A DNA stretch of 64,000 bases from a virus (IMGVR_UViG_3300009180_000041:984-64983); one strand, 5' to 3'; numbered from the stretch's first letter, positions 9,496 to 19,072 are shown. The notes: a model not told the origin generated them from the sequence alone. A program made the numbers and translations.

Positions 9496-10248
9496 ATGAT
9501 AAAAGAAAAAAGTAGTTTTGATTTGTACTTAAAAGAATTAAGTCGTATTCCAAAAATGAATACTCAACGTGAGTTAGAAATTAAAAAACTAATTAATGAT
9601 GATACTGTTGATGAATCAGTTAAAGATGAACTGAAAAAAGAAATAGTAACAGGTCATTTACGATTTGTAATCCAACAGGCTAAAAGATTTATTGGAAGTG
9701 GAATTGAATTTGAAGACTTAATTGCTGAAGGTAATGATGGACTATTAAGTGCTATTGAGTCATTTGATTGGAAACGAGGAACTAAATTTAATACACATGC
9801 TATTTATTGGATCAGAGCTAAAATTTACAATGCTATTAATAATAATAGTAGAGTTATTAGATTGCCTCATAATATTTCTCAACAATTAAGTAAAGAAATT
9901 ATTAAACGAAGAGAAAAAAACATAGAAATGTCTGATGAAATGACTAATTTACCCACTACAACTGATTTATTTAGACCAATAGGTGAAGACAGTACATTAT
10001 TAGATGTTATTAATAATGATAGAGCTGAATTAGCTGATTCACAAGCAATTTATAATTCAACTGTTGAGTATTTACTCAGTAAATTAAATGATAGAGACAA
10101 AAATATTGTTAAATTACTATATGGAATTGAAGGCAAACAATTAAATATGGATGAAATAGCTGAAGAATATGATATGAATAAGGAAAGTATTAGGTTAATT
10201 AAGAACCGTTCACTCAAGAAAATGGAAAAATGTTTAACATTAAATTAA
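9496..10248 (+). CDS. sigma-70 family RNA polymerase sigma factor
   Basis: Region 1.2 FDLYLKEL, region 2 HLRFV...EDLIAEGNDGL...FDWKRGTKFNTHAIYWIR, RVIRLP, and region 4 HTH EIAEEYDMNKESIR. Confidence 0.93.
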   Translation: MIKEKSSFDLYLKELSRIPKMNTQRELEIKKLINDDTVDESVKDELKKEIVTGHLRFVIQQAKRFIGSGIEFEDLIAEGNDGLLSAIESFDWKRGTKFNTHAIYWIRAKIYNAINNNSRVIRLPHNISQQLSKEIIKRREKNIEMSDEMTNLPTTTDLFRPIGEDSTLLDVINNDRAELADSQAIYNSTVEYLLSKLNDRDKNIVKLLYGIEGKQLNMDEIAEEYDMNKESIRLIKNRSLKKMEKCLTLN

Positions 10249-10560
10249 TAAACAATAAAGAATTTATGAGTTGGGATGATGAATATATATTTGATGGTGA
10301 AAGATGGGTACCAATTAAAGAATATCAAGAAATTTTAGAACTAATGATTGAAGATGACACAACCACATAGAATAACTGATAATTCAGCAGTACAACAATC
10401 AACTGAGGGCCGAATTGAATACAATAAACAACCTAAAATTAAATACACTAAACATATAATTGATGGTAAAGATTGGGCCAACTTTTTACATGAAACACTT
10501 TTAAAAAATATTTATGATATAAAAGATTGATTTTTTTAGAAAAATCTGTTATATTATAGT

Positions 10561-10701
10561 ATGAAAAATGAGATAAAAAATAATAGACACAGTCAGGAAC
10601 AACGTCATATGATGCAACTCATTAGACGTAATATGACACAGAAAGTAAAAGGAAGTAAAAAGGTATATAATAGAAAAAATAATAAAGGTTATGAAGGGTA
10701 A
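10561..10701 (+). CDS. basic 46 aa peptide, apparently leaderless
   Basis: ATG directly follows GTTATATTATAGT. Contains KGSKKVYNRK. Below the track length cutoff. Confidence 0.6.
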   Translation: MKNEIKNNRHSQEQRHMMQLIRRNMTQKVKGSKKVYNRKNNKGYEG

Positions 10702-10891
10702 AAAATTAGATAATTTTGATGTAGAACAAATTAAAGAATTAATTAAAGTTCTAAAAAACGCTGGTGTAGACGCTGATAAAGCAGCTAAAACATACAGTAA
10801 TGATAATGTAAGTAAATTAGCATTTGAAGTAGGTTATTTGAATGGTTATTGTAAAACAGCTTCTGATATATTAGAAGAAATATTAAAATAA
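10691..10891 (+). CDS. hypothetical protein
   Basis: ORF with AFEVGYLNG motif. Confidence 0.65.
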   Translation: MKGKKLDNFDVEQIKELIKVLKNAGVDADKAAKTYSNDNVSKLAFEVGYLNGYCKTASDILEEILK

Positions 10892-10895
10892 AAAT

Positions 10896-10991
10896 ATGAA
10901 AAAGATAGTAAATTCAAGTTATGGTTTAGGTATTACAATGTTATTTGTAATATCAGTTGTGTCACTAGTATTAACAGTGTGTTTTAATTAA
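10896..10991 (+). CDS. 31 aa single-TM peptide
   Basis: Translated by hand, hydrophobic, tightly packed in the operon. Confidence 0.5.
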   Translation: MKKIVNSSYGLGITMLFVISVVSLVLTVCFN

Positions 10992-10992
10992 T

Positions 10993-11112
10993 ATGGATAA
11001 GTTAAATAAAGTATTATACACAGTTGCTGTTGGTTTAGGAATTGGAATCACAGCATTAGTATCAGCAGTAGTAATTATGTGGGGTTTTATTCAATTAGCA
11101 AAATTAATATAA
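10993..11112 (+). CDS. 39 aa single-TM peptide
   Basis: Translated by hand, hydrophobic, tightly packed in the operon. Confidence 0.55.
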   Translation: MDKLNKVLYTVAVGLGIGITALVSAVVIMWGFIQLAKLI

Positions 11113-11113
11113 T

Positions 11114-11374
11114 ATGGCAAGTATATATTTAAGACAAGACATAGACATTGATGTAGATGAATTTATGGAATCATGTTGTAGTTATGAAATTGATGATGTA
11201 ATTGATTGGTTAGAAGTAAATGGTCATTTACCAGAAACTGTTCATATTAGTGAAGATAAGAAAAACTTGATGGACATAGAATGGGACAAAGCAATTACTA
11301 AACTTCATTCAAATAGAACTCAATTAACTGTAGCTGAAGAAGAATTTATCAAGACTATAGCTAATAGATTGTAA
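11114..11374 (+). CDS. acidic hypothetical protein
   Basis: Its TAA overlaps (TAATG) the first micro-ORF of the array. Confidence 0.7.
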   Translation: MASIYLRQDIDIDVDEFMESCCSYEIDDVIDWLEVNGHLPETVHISEDKKNLMDIEWDKAITKLHSNRTQLTVAEEEFIKTIANRL

Positions 11375-12461
11375 TGACTTGGTCACAAATATCAACATAC
11401 AAAAACATGGAGTATATATCACATGGTTTTTTGAAATTTAAGTATTTTAATAGAAATAGTTTAGGTGAATGGTTTGATATATGATAAGTAAAAGAACAAT
11501 ACAACATTATGCTCGTGACGAGTTCACAAATTGGTATTTTTTTAAATACACAATTCATGAACCACATGAGTTAGCAATATGGTTTGATATATGATAAGTA
11601 ACTCTCGTATAAATTGGATAGCAGGTGAAAATAGACACAGTGTGGGTGTAATAAATCGGGTATTTAGTACTTACAAAACACAACACTTATATTATTCATT
11701 TCAAACAAATACTAAACATATTGTAAATGATATGATAATGTATTTAGACTTATGATAGATGAAATTAAAATACGGTGGATATCAGGTGATTATCACCACA
11801 GTGTATACGCTATAAATAAAGAATTTAGTTTATATAGTAAACAATTAAAATCAAACCCCGTAAATGTAAAGTGGTTTTTGTATGAATTAACAGATTATTT
11901 AGACTTATGATACACAGGACTGATATTGAATATATGGCTTATACTAATTATAGAATTCATTGCATACAATCAGTTGGTTCTTACACTAAACACATCAACT
12001 TATTAGATTATTTAGACTTATGATGGAATACAGTAAAATATATGATATGGCTTATGTGAAATACACACCTACCACAATTTATAGATGTTTTAATGATAAG
12101 TGGTATAGTGGAATTTATGAAGTAAGAAATGTTGTAATGTGTAATTATTTTTATTTATGATGGAATATAGTAAAATTGAAGATATGACTAAAATTAAATA
12201 TGAGTTATATGTAATGTATGACCATTTTGCTTTTTATCCAGTTCAAGTTAGAATATCAGTATTAGCAAATTATTTAAACTTATGATGATAAAAAAACATG
12301 ATTGGACATTAGATGATGTTATGGGAGACTATGTTGATTATGCATATATAGAAATGTATTTTTTATATGTGGATTTTCATAGAAATGATATGTTTTATGG
12401 ATCATCACCAAATATAAATGAAGATTTATTTAAGTTTTTAGATTTAGATGTAGTAAATTAA
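11374..12461 (+). repeat. tandem array of 8 paralogous, ATGA-coupled micro-ORFs (36-59 aa)
   Basis: ORFs at 11374-11484, 11481-11594, 11591-11755, 11752-11910, 11907-12023, 12020-12160, 12157-12285 and 12282-12461. Junction repeats TATTTAGACTTATGAT and TGGTTTGATATATGATAAGTAA. Confidence 0.85.
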
Positions 12462-12514
12462 AAAAGATTTGATTTTTAATAAAAAATTTGTTATATTATA
12501 TAAGATAAAAAGTT

Positions 12515-12922
12515 ATGAAAATAGAAAATTTAACACAAGACGAAGTGACACAGTTACAAACACTTTTAAATAAACTAAACCCAGTTGAAGTAAAATCAAT
12601 TGATCCACTAGTAACAATGGTTGATGACATTTTGAATGAATTTGATTTTGAAAAGGTACATGATACTATGGTGGCATTAGATTGGAAATGGTATAGTACA
12701 CATCCTTCTGTTCCAAGTATTAGAGACTTAAAAGACACAGCTAGACACTTACTGATTAGTGTTTACAACTTAAGAAAAAACGAATATCAAGACACACTTC
12801 CAGAAGTACCTGTTCAAGTTGCAACTGGTGGATTCAGAGCAATAGCATTATCAAATGATAGTGGTGAAGTTGATTTTTTAAAGTTAGAGTTTGTTGTAAG
12901 TGAGTGGGAGGCGGGAGTATGA
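12515..12922 (+). CDS. phage hypothetical protein
   Basis: FDFEKVHDTMVALDWKW...ATGGF, with its own promoter. Confidence 0.75.
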   Translation: MKIENLTQDEVTQLQTLLNKLNPVEVKSIDPLVTMVDDILNEFDFEKVHDTMVALDWKWYSTHPSVPSIRDLKDTARHLLISVYNLRKNEYQDTLPEVPVQVATGGFRAIALSNDSGEVDFLKLEFVVSEWEAGV

Positions 12923-13188
12923 TAGGAGCTATAATATTTTTAACAGTAATAATATTGTTTTTCATAAATGTAGTGTTTCATGATGCTTGTGATGAAGAGG
13001 GAATTAAAGGAATATTTACAGTTTGTACATTACTGTTAGTTTTATTTACATTTATTCTTGGTTTTGATTTAGCAGAAACTGAATATAAAACGATTGAAAC
13101 TAAAACACAATTAAAACCAACAATGAGAATTGTGTGTAAAGACACAATTTGTGACACAACATACATTTATACACGAATAGAAAAATAA
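12919..13188 (+). CDS. small membrane protein
   Basis: Two hydrophobic segments, ATGA overlap with the upstream gene, DTTYIY end. Confidence 0.65.
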   Translation: MIGAIIFLTVIILFFINVVFHDACDEEGIKGIFTVCTLLLVLFTFILGFDLAETEYKTIETKTQLKPTMRIVCKDTICDTTYIYTRIEK

Positions 13189-13195
13189 GAAAAAT

Positions 13196-13603
13196 ATGAG
13201 TAACATGGCATCAATTTATTGGTTGACACGATTGTCAAGCATTCAAGGAATGTTTGCAGCAGCATCAGTTATCACAGGATTAATTATAGGTATTGGAATT
13301 ATAGGTTATTCTATATCAATATTTGATTGTTATAATGATGAACGAGAAAAAGAACTAAAAACTAAAAGAAAGTATTTCATAAACAGAGTATGGATACCAG
13401 TTTTATTATTAGTATTTACTATATTAATACCTAATACTAAAGAAGCAATGTTGATTATCGCAGGTGGTAAAACAATGGACTATGTACAAAAAGACACTTC
13501 ATTACATAAAATTCCATACAAAACAACTGAGTTGATTTTGAAGAAAATGGATGAGTACATTGATGAAACAGTAAAATCAAACATTAAAGACACAGCAAAA
13601 TAA
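13196..13603 (+). CDS. membrane protein
   Basis: IYWLTRL start and two TM segments. Confidence 0.7.
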   Translation: MSNMASIYWLTRLSSIQGMFAAASVITGLIIGIGIIGYSISIFDCYNDEREKELKTKRKYFINRVWIPVLLLVFTILIPNTKEAMLIIAGGKTMDYVQKDTSLHKIPYKTTELILKKMDEYIDETVKSNIKDTAK

Positions 13604-13909
13604 TATGGACAATTTAGAACAAAACGCTTCATTTTTTATGGAAAAAGGTGAAAAAGCATTTAATGAAAAGGTAAATGGAATGATGAAAGTAACTATGACA
13701 CCAACAGAAAAAATAATGTGGATAAATGGTTATCTTAATGGATTGTTAGATGGTAAAAAAGAAAAAGTAGAAAATGAGTAACGACAGTTTTAAAAAATCA
13801 CCAATCCACGACAAGAAAGCAATTATTGACATGATGGATGAATTAGAACCTGGAGACATGGTTGAAGTTGTGGAATTGATTAAAATAAAATTAAAACAAC
13901 AAAAATAAT

Positions 13910-14092
13910 ATGAAAAACTTAATAAAAATAAAATTAGTAAAAATCGCTTTAATCACACTAATAACATTAGTATTTTTAATCTCACTATTACCACAATTTA
14001 GTCCAATAGTAAACATAATTAGAATGTTAGTTGGAAGTTGTACAATTGGGTGGTTAATAGGTACTTTATGTATGACAATTTGGCATAAGTAA
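13910..14092 (+). CDS. small two-TM membrane protein
   Basis: Hydrophobic ORF. Confidence 0.55.
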   Translation: MKNLIKIKLVKIALITLITLVFLISLLPQFSPIVNIIRMLVGSCTIGWLIGTLCMTIWHK

Positions 14093-14146
14093 AAAAAGAT
14101 TTGACTTTTTAAATAAAAAATGTTATATTATAGTAAATAAAAAGAT

Positions 14147-15262
14147 ATGGAAAATAATAATAGTGTTTGTTTTGTGGCTCGTATTAATGAGATTAAGTCT
14201 ATTGAAGGCGCTGATAACATTGAGTTAGGTGTTATTGGTGGCTGGAATTGTATTATTAAGAAAGACAGTTATAAAGTAGATGATTTAGTTGTAGTAGCCA
14301 CTACTGACGCTGTTATACCTCAAGAATTAAGTGATAAAATGAATGTTACTAATTACTTGAGAAAAGGTCAGAGAGTAAGAACAGTTAAATTAAGAGGAGT
14401 TTATAGTGAGTGTTTGATTATTCCAATTGGTTTTATACCTGACAAATACCGTTATGAAGGAGCTGATTGTATGGAGTTAATGAATATCTTTAAATACGAG
14501 CCGCCAGTAAGACAAGTACAATTAGCTTCAGGTCGTAAACTTAAATACAATCAAAATCCAAACTTTGGAATCTACTATAAATTTCCTAACATCAAGAATG
14601 TTAATGGGATGTTTAATGAAGAAGACACAGTTGAAGTAACTAGAAAGATTCATGGTACTAATGCTCGTTATGGTATTGTTAGGAAAAACAAATTAAGTGT
14701 TTGGGACAAAGTAAGACGTTTCTTTGGAGACAAATGGGTTGAATATGAATATGTGTATGGTTCTCATAATGTTGAGAAAGGTAGTGATTCACAAGGTTTC
14801 TATGATACTGATGTTTGGAGAACAATAGCTGAAAAACACAACATTAGAGAAAAGTTATGGAATTTCTTTAAATTAACTAAAACTTTATATAATACTAAAG
14901 ATGGTATTGTGATTTATGGAGAAATTTATGGCCCAGGTATTCAAAAGAATTATGATTATGGTTTGACAGAACTTGAATATGCTGGATTTGATGTTACTAT
15001 TAATGGTGAATACCAAAGAACTTCTTTAAGTAATGTGGTTCATGAATGGTTAGGACTTAAAAACGTACCTAGTTTAGAATTTAATGTTTGGTCTGAAGAT
15101 TTACTTACTAAGTATACTTTTGACAAAATTGAAGGAACTAAAGTACCTCACGAAGGTGTTGTTATTAAAAGTGTTGACGGTAATAGACATAAAGTAGCTA
15201 AAGTAATTAATCCAGATTATTTGATCTACGGAGAAAAACACAATGTAGGAGATTCACATTAA
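14147..15262 (+). CDS. ATP-dependent RNA ligase, DRB0094/Rnl5-like, with N-terminal OB (tRNA-binding-like) domain
   Basis: Ligase motifs KIHGTN, GEIYG, FDV, EGVVIK and AKVI. N-terminal IEGADNIE...KLRGVYSECL. Confidence 0.9.
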   Translation: MENNNSVCFVARINEIKSIEGADNIELGVIGGWNCIIKKDSYKVDDLVVVATTDAVIPQELSDKMNVTNYLRKGQRVRTVKLRGVYSECLIIPIGFIPDKYRYEGADCMELMNIFKYEPPVRQVQLASGRKLKYNQNPNFGIYYKFPNIKNVNGMFNEEDTVEVTRKIHGTNARYGIVRKNKLSVWDKVRRFFGDKWVEYEYVYGSHNVEKGSDSQGFYDTDVWRTIAEKHNIREKLWNFFKLTKTLYNTKDGIVIYGEIYGPGIQKNYDYGLTELEYAGFDVTINGEYQRTSLSNVVHEWLGLKNVPSLEFNVWSEDLLTKYTFDKIEGTKVPHEGVVIKSVDGNRHKVAKVINPDYLIYGEKHNVGDSH

Positions 15263-15436
15263 AAAAGTAGATTTTATTAAATAAAAAAGTTATATTATAG
15301 TATAATATGAAAAATAAAAAAAGAAGTTTAATAACTGTTGATTTGAGTGGTTGTAAAAATTGGAAGGAATGTGAAAAAGTTATTTATATGTTAACATCAA
15401 GTCAAGTTAAACTAAATGTATCAACAATTAATTAGG

Positions 15437-15664
15437 ATGACAAACAATAAACAACAAACGGCAGTAGAGTGGTTGATTGAAAAACTACAACAAACAAGAG
15501 ATTGGCAAAGAGTAATTAATGAGGTAAATCAAAGCACAACTTCGGTAATAGATGTGATTCAACAAGCCAAAGAAATGGAGAAGGAGCAAATCATTGATGC
15601 TTGTTGGGCGGGTGGTGATGATGGTGTAAGATATTACAGCGAGACATACGGAAATAACAAATAA
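15437..15664 (+). CDS. phage hypothetical protein (KQTAVEWL...AKEMEKEQI type)
   Basis: Recurrent small phage protein motif. Likely start at ATG 15437. Confidence 0.65.
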   Translation: MTNNKQQTAVEWLIEKLQQTRDWQRVINEVNQSTTSVIDVIQQAKEMEKEQIIDACWAGGDDGVRYYSETYGNNK

Positions 15665-15672
15665 TAAAAAAT

Positions 15673-16170
15673 ATGAAAAAACAATATAGAGAATTTAATT
15701 TAAAAGAAGCACTACAAGGTAATGTAGAAGTAGAAACAACGTCAGGAAGAAAAGTAAAATACATTCATTTAGTAGAAAATTATGTAGGTAATTTTCCAGT
15801 AATAGTAGTGTTGGAAAGTGAAAATAAAGGAGGTACTGATGAAATTCTTAATTACACAGTAAAAGGTACATTTTGGTATGAGTCAAATGCAAGTAAATTT
15901 GACTTACAAATGTATGATAAAGTAGCAGTATGTTATGTAAATATCTATATGTCTAATGATAAAAAATTTCATATTGGTCAAGGACATAAAACAAAACAAC
16001 AAGCACTTGATGTGATGTGTGCACCTAAAAACTTTCAATACATCAAAACAATTGAAATCACAGAACAAACAACTGAAGACGTAGTTAATAATAATATGCA
16101 CAACGAACTAGGTCAAAATGACATAGACGGATTAATGAGATATGTAATAAAAAACTTAACAAATAGTTAA
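15673..16170 (+). CDS. hypothetical protein
   Basis: FNLKEALQG..V.TTSGRKV motif. Confidence 0.7.
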   Translation: MKKQYREFNLKEALQGNVEVETTSGRKVKYIHLVENYVGNFPVIVVLESENKGGTDEILNYTVKGTFWYESNASKFDLQMYDKVAVCYVNIYMSNDKKFHIGQGHKTKQQALDVMCAPKNFQYIKTIEITEQTTEDVVNNNMHNELGQNDIDGLMRYVIKNLTNS

Positions 16171-16245
16171 AAATAGATTCCTGCCATATTTAACTTATGT
16201 TTGATAAAAGTAGTAAATAGATTCCTACCATATTTAACTTATGTT
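16171..16245. repeat. direct repeat of 31 bp containing a GATTCCTRC box
   Basis: AAATAGATTCCT(G/A)CCATATTTAACTTATGTT occurs twice, 44 bp apart. Confidence 0.85.
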
Positions 16246-16319
16246 AAATAAAGAGTTTAATTTTTAAAAGAAGGTAATAAGATTTTAGATTTTATTACCT
16301 TTTTTTGTTATATTATAGT

Positions 16320-16634
16320 ATGATAAATAATAATAAAAAAAGAGAAATTGTAAGTAAAAAAATAGTGGAATTTACTAAAAATTATTTAAAAAATAAAAAT
16401 GTTAGTGAGTATTATTTAGGAACTTTAACAAATGATTTTTTTAAAGAAAAAAGTATTAAATTTGAAATATTAAAAGAAGAATATAGAAATACTATTAATT
16501 ATGAAAGAAATGGAATTAAGTATAGTATGAAAATTAACTTTTATGATTATAATGATAGATGTTATAAGTTATTAAGAGATGGGGGTTTGAATATAGTTGT
16601 AAGAAATAGAAAAAGAGTTATTATTTTAGATTAA
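16320..16634 (+). CDS. basic hypothetical protein, paralog of 20328..20624
   Basis: Shared VSKK(I/V).E...EYR.T..Y and YNDR.YKLLRDGG. Leaderless ATG at 16320. Confidence 0.75.
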   Translation: MINNNKKREIVSKKIVEFTKNYLKNKNVSEYYLGTLTNDFFKEKSIKFEILKEEYRNTINYERNGIKYSMKINFYDYNDRCYKLLRDGGLNIVVRNRKRVIILD

Positions 16635-16672
16635 AATAGATTTTTTAAATAAAATAAGTTATATTATAGTAT

Positions 16673-16948
16673 ATGAAAATAAAAGATATAAAAAAACAGT
16701 TTAAAAGTAAATTCGGATTAGAAATTTATAACTACAATGACGTTAATAAAGACAAAACAATTAGAAGATATAAAATAACATATATTGGAGACAAATCACA
16801 TGATATTGATTCTAATCAAATTGACCAAAACATAACTGAGTATTTTAATTATTTTAAAAATGAGTTGGGATTAAGTAATGTTACATTAGGAACAGGTAAT
16901 GGATGGTTCGGAAAACAAACAATAATAATTAAAGTAGATAATAAATAA
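16673..16948 (+). CDS. hypothetical protein
   Basis: ORF after the promoter at 16658. Confidence 0.65.
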   Translation: MKIKDIKKQFKSKFGLEIYNYNDVNKDKTIRRYKITYIGDKSHDIDSNQIDQNITEYFNYFKNELGLSNVTLGTGNGWFGKQTIIIKVDNK

Positions 16949-16951
16949 GTT

Positions 16952-17149
16952 ATGACAGTACAACAATTAATAGACAAATTAGAACAGATCGAAAACAAAC
17001 ACTTAAATGTAGTAATAAGTGGAACAGATCACACTGATTGGTTATATCATAATTCAATTACAGAACACGACATTGTAGAAAGAAACGTATTTGAAGAAGA
17101 TAGGGACCAATTTAGACGTAGATTAGTAATTAATGGAGGACAATTTTAA
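16952..17149 (+). CDS. hypothetical protein
   Basis: MTVQQLIDKL start. Confidence 0.65.
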   Translation: MTVQQLIDKLEQIENKHLNVVISGTDHTDWLYHNSITEHDIVERNVFEEDRDQFRRRLVINGGQF

Positions 17150-17150
17150 C

Positions 17151-17327
17151 ATGACACTACAAGACAGAATTGAGATATTACAAGAATTACTTGACAATCA
17201 AAAAGTCCTAACTAAAACATACAAAGACCATTGTGAAACACTACAGAAACAGGTCAATGAGGCAATTGAATTAATAAATAAATCACAACAAATAATAGAT
17301 TTTTACCAAAACAATGTTAGAATTTAA
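17151..17327 (+). CDS. small coiled-coil protein
   Basis: ATG follows the upstream stop. Confidence 0.55.
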   Translation: MTLQDRIEILQELLDNQKVLTKTYKDHCETLQKQVNEAIELINKSQQIIDFYQNNVRI

Positions 17328-17511
17328 AAGTCCTATACCTGTCATAGTTGAAACTAATAAAGACGGTTACGCGATTTATGTTGTAAATTCAGGTATGTTT
17401 GAAAATGATGTGTGGTGTGTAGTATTATGTGATGGTGGAATAGTTAGACACTACACAACAGACCAAATTAAAATACATCACAATACTACTTTTGAAATAA
17501 ATAAAAAATAG
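17314..17511 (+). CDS. hypothetical protein
   Basis: GYAIYV.NSGMFENDVWCVVL motif. Confidence 0.65.
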   Translation: MLEFKSPIPVIVETNKDGYAIYVVNSGMFENDVWCVVLCDGGIVRHYTTDQIKIHHNTTFEINKK

Positions 17512-17561
17512 ATTTTTTTAATAAAAAAGGTTATATTATATTATATAAAAAGATATAAGAT

Positions 17562-17801
17562 ATGAAAGTAAATTTAGACCAAAACGAATTAGAACTATTA
17601 ACAGAATTATTAAATCAAAACATAACTGTAACATTAAAAGTAGACACAGAATATGATGATGAGTGGGGGTTAGTAGTATTTGAAATAAAAGACTTAAATA
17701 TATGTCGAGACATTAATTGGTTAGTACAGAATGACGATGATATTGAAGAACTAAGGTTTCATGAATTAAACGATCTTATAACGTTCATAAAAGAACGTTA
17801 A
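17562..17801 (+). CDS. acidic hypothetical protein
   Basis: Own promoter at 17530. Confidence 0.65.
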   Translation: MKVNLDQNELELLTELLNQNITVTLKVDTEYDDEWGLVVFEIKDLNICRDINWLVQNDDDIEELRFHELNDLITFIKER

Positions 17802-17807
17802 TTAAAT

Positions 17808-17930
17808 TGTCAGGTAATACGTAATGTGAAAATGGTTATCACACCCAATCTTAATACCACGGTCTATAACCACTTAGACGCGAGACATTAGGAGGTTGTA
17901 TTGTTGCGAGTTCGAGTCTCGCCCTGACAA
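17808..17930 (+). ncRNA. tRNA-like RNA (123 nt) with non-canonical expanded centre
   Basis: Perfect acceptor stem TGTCAGG/CCTGACA, T arm GCGAG-TTCGAGT-CTCGC, D-like GTGA-AAATGGTTA-TCAC. No canonical anticodon arm. Confidence 0.7.
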
Positions 17931-17985
17931 CTAAAATAAAGTAAAATAATTTAGAGATTTTAAGTAAAATAAGTTATATTATAGT

Positions 17986-18249
17986 ATGATAAATAATAAA
18001 GAATTTGATTTAACAAATAAATTTGATAAGTTTATATTTGGTTTAATTGAAAGTAGAGCAAATGGTGATTGGAATACTTATGAAGATGAAGAAATTATTG
18101 GATATGATTGGGATTTAAGAGAAGAAGATTGGTTTGATTTAGATTTTAATTTTGAAAGTTTAGAAAAATATATTGGTGAGGGAATATATTATAATGAAAA
18201 TTGTAATGTAAATTTAGAAGATTATAAAATGATTGTAAAAATATATTAA
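17986..18249 (+). CDS. acidic hypothetical protein, paralog of 21721..21996
   Basis: Shared NGDW.TYED.EII.Y.WDLR.E.WFDLDF.F.SL..YIGEGI. Confidence 0.8.
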   Translation: MINNKEFDLTNKFDKFIFGLIESRANGDWNTYEDEEIIGYDWDLREEDWFDLDFNFESLEKYIGEGIYYNENCNVNLEDYKMIVKIY

Positions 18250-18317
18250 TAAAGAATTAGAATAATTTAAATAAAATAAGTTATATTATAGTAATAAAAA
18301 AATAAAGATAAAATAAG

Positions 18318-18809
18318 ATGGAAAATATATTCACAAGTAAAATCGAGTACATTAAAGTACAATTAAATGAAATTCACCCAAAATTAAGAGTAAATATCAC
18401 AAATGAAACAGTAGATAGTTTTGCCAAAATGATTGAACCCGAGTATTGGGACATGATTCAAGAAATAAAAGACGACAATGAACAAGACGAAGAAGACATT
18501 GAAGACTACATGACAATGGTAGGTAGTGATTATTTAGATCGTGAGTTTATGAAGTACATTTCAGAACAATTCATAAATAACTTAAGTACTAATGGAGTAA
18601 AATATGAGGACGGAAGTTTTACAGTACCAGAACAATTCAAACAAGAATTACATGAGTACTATAAAACAATTAAAGACTGGAGACAAAATCATGAATTAAT
18701 GACTGACATAACAACTTACGGATTAATTTGGGACATGTACTACTCACTAGACACTGACACGAGAGAACAAGTAAGTAGTGTATTAGAAGAGTACTTAATT
18801 AATAAATAA
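18318..18809 (+). CDS. acidic hypothetical protein
   Basis: Own promoter at 18280. Confidence 0.7.
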   Translation: MENIFTSKIEYIKVQLNEIHPKLRVNITNETVDSFAKMIEPEYWDMIQEIKDDNEQDEEDIEDYMTMVGSDYLDREFMKYISEQFINNLSTNGVKYEDGSFTVPEQFKQELHEYYKTIKDWRQNHELMTDITTYGLIWDMYYSLDTDTREQVSSVLEEYLINK

Positions 18810-19072
18810 AACACATAAAAAAATCAAATAAAAAACACAATTATGACAAAACACAGGTATCAATTAACAAGTAAACAAACAGGAGCAAGACAAGAAGTAG
18901 TAATTGAAGCAGACATAGCGAGTACAGCAGACATGATATGTGAAAGTCAATATGGCTCAAGTTTTTACTGGTATAGACTAGCTTAAACCACAAAATTCAC
19001 ACGATAGTATTGTGGATTATTAACAGTAACCAAGGAAACGTTAAATATATCCAACCCAAAGTACAATGTGGT

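Noticed and set aside
11374-12461. CRISPR array
   Set aside because: Repeats are short and degenerate, units are 107-180 nt, every unit is an open frame, and no cas genes are present.
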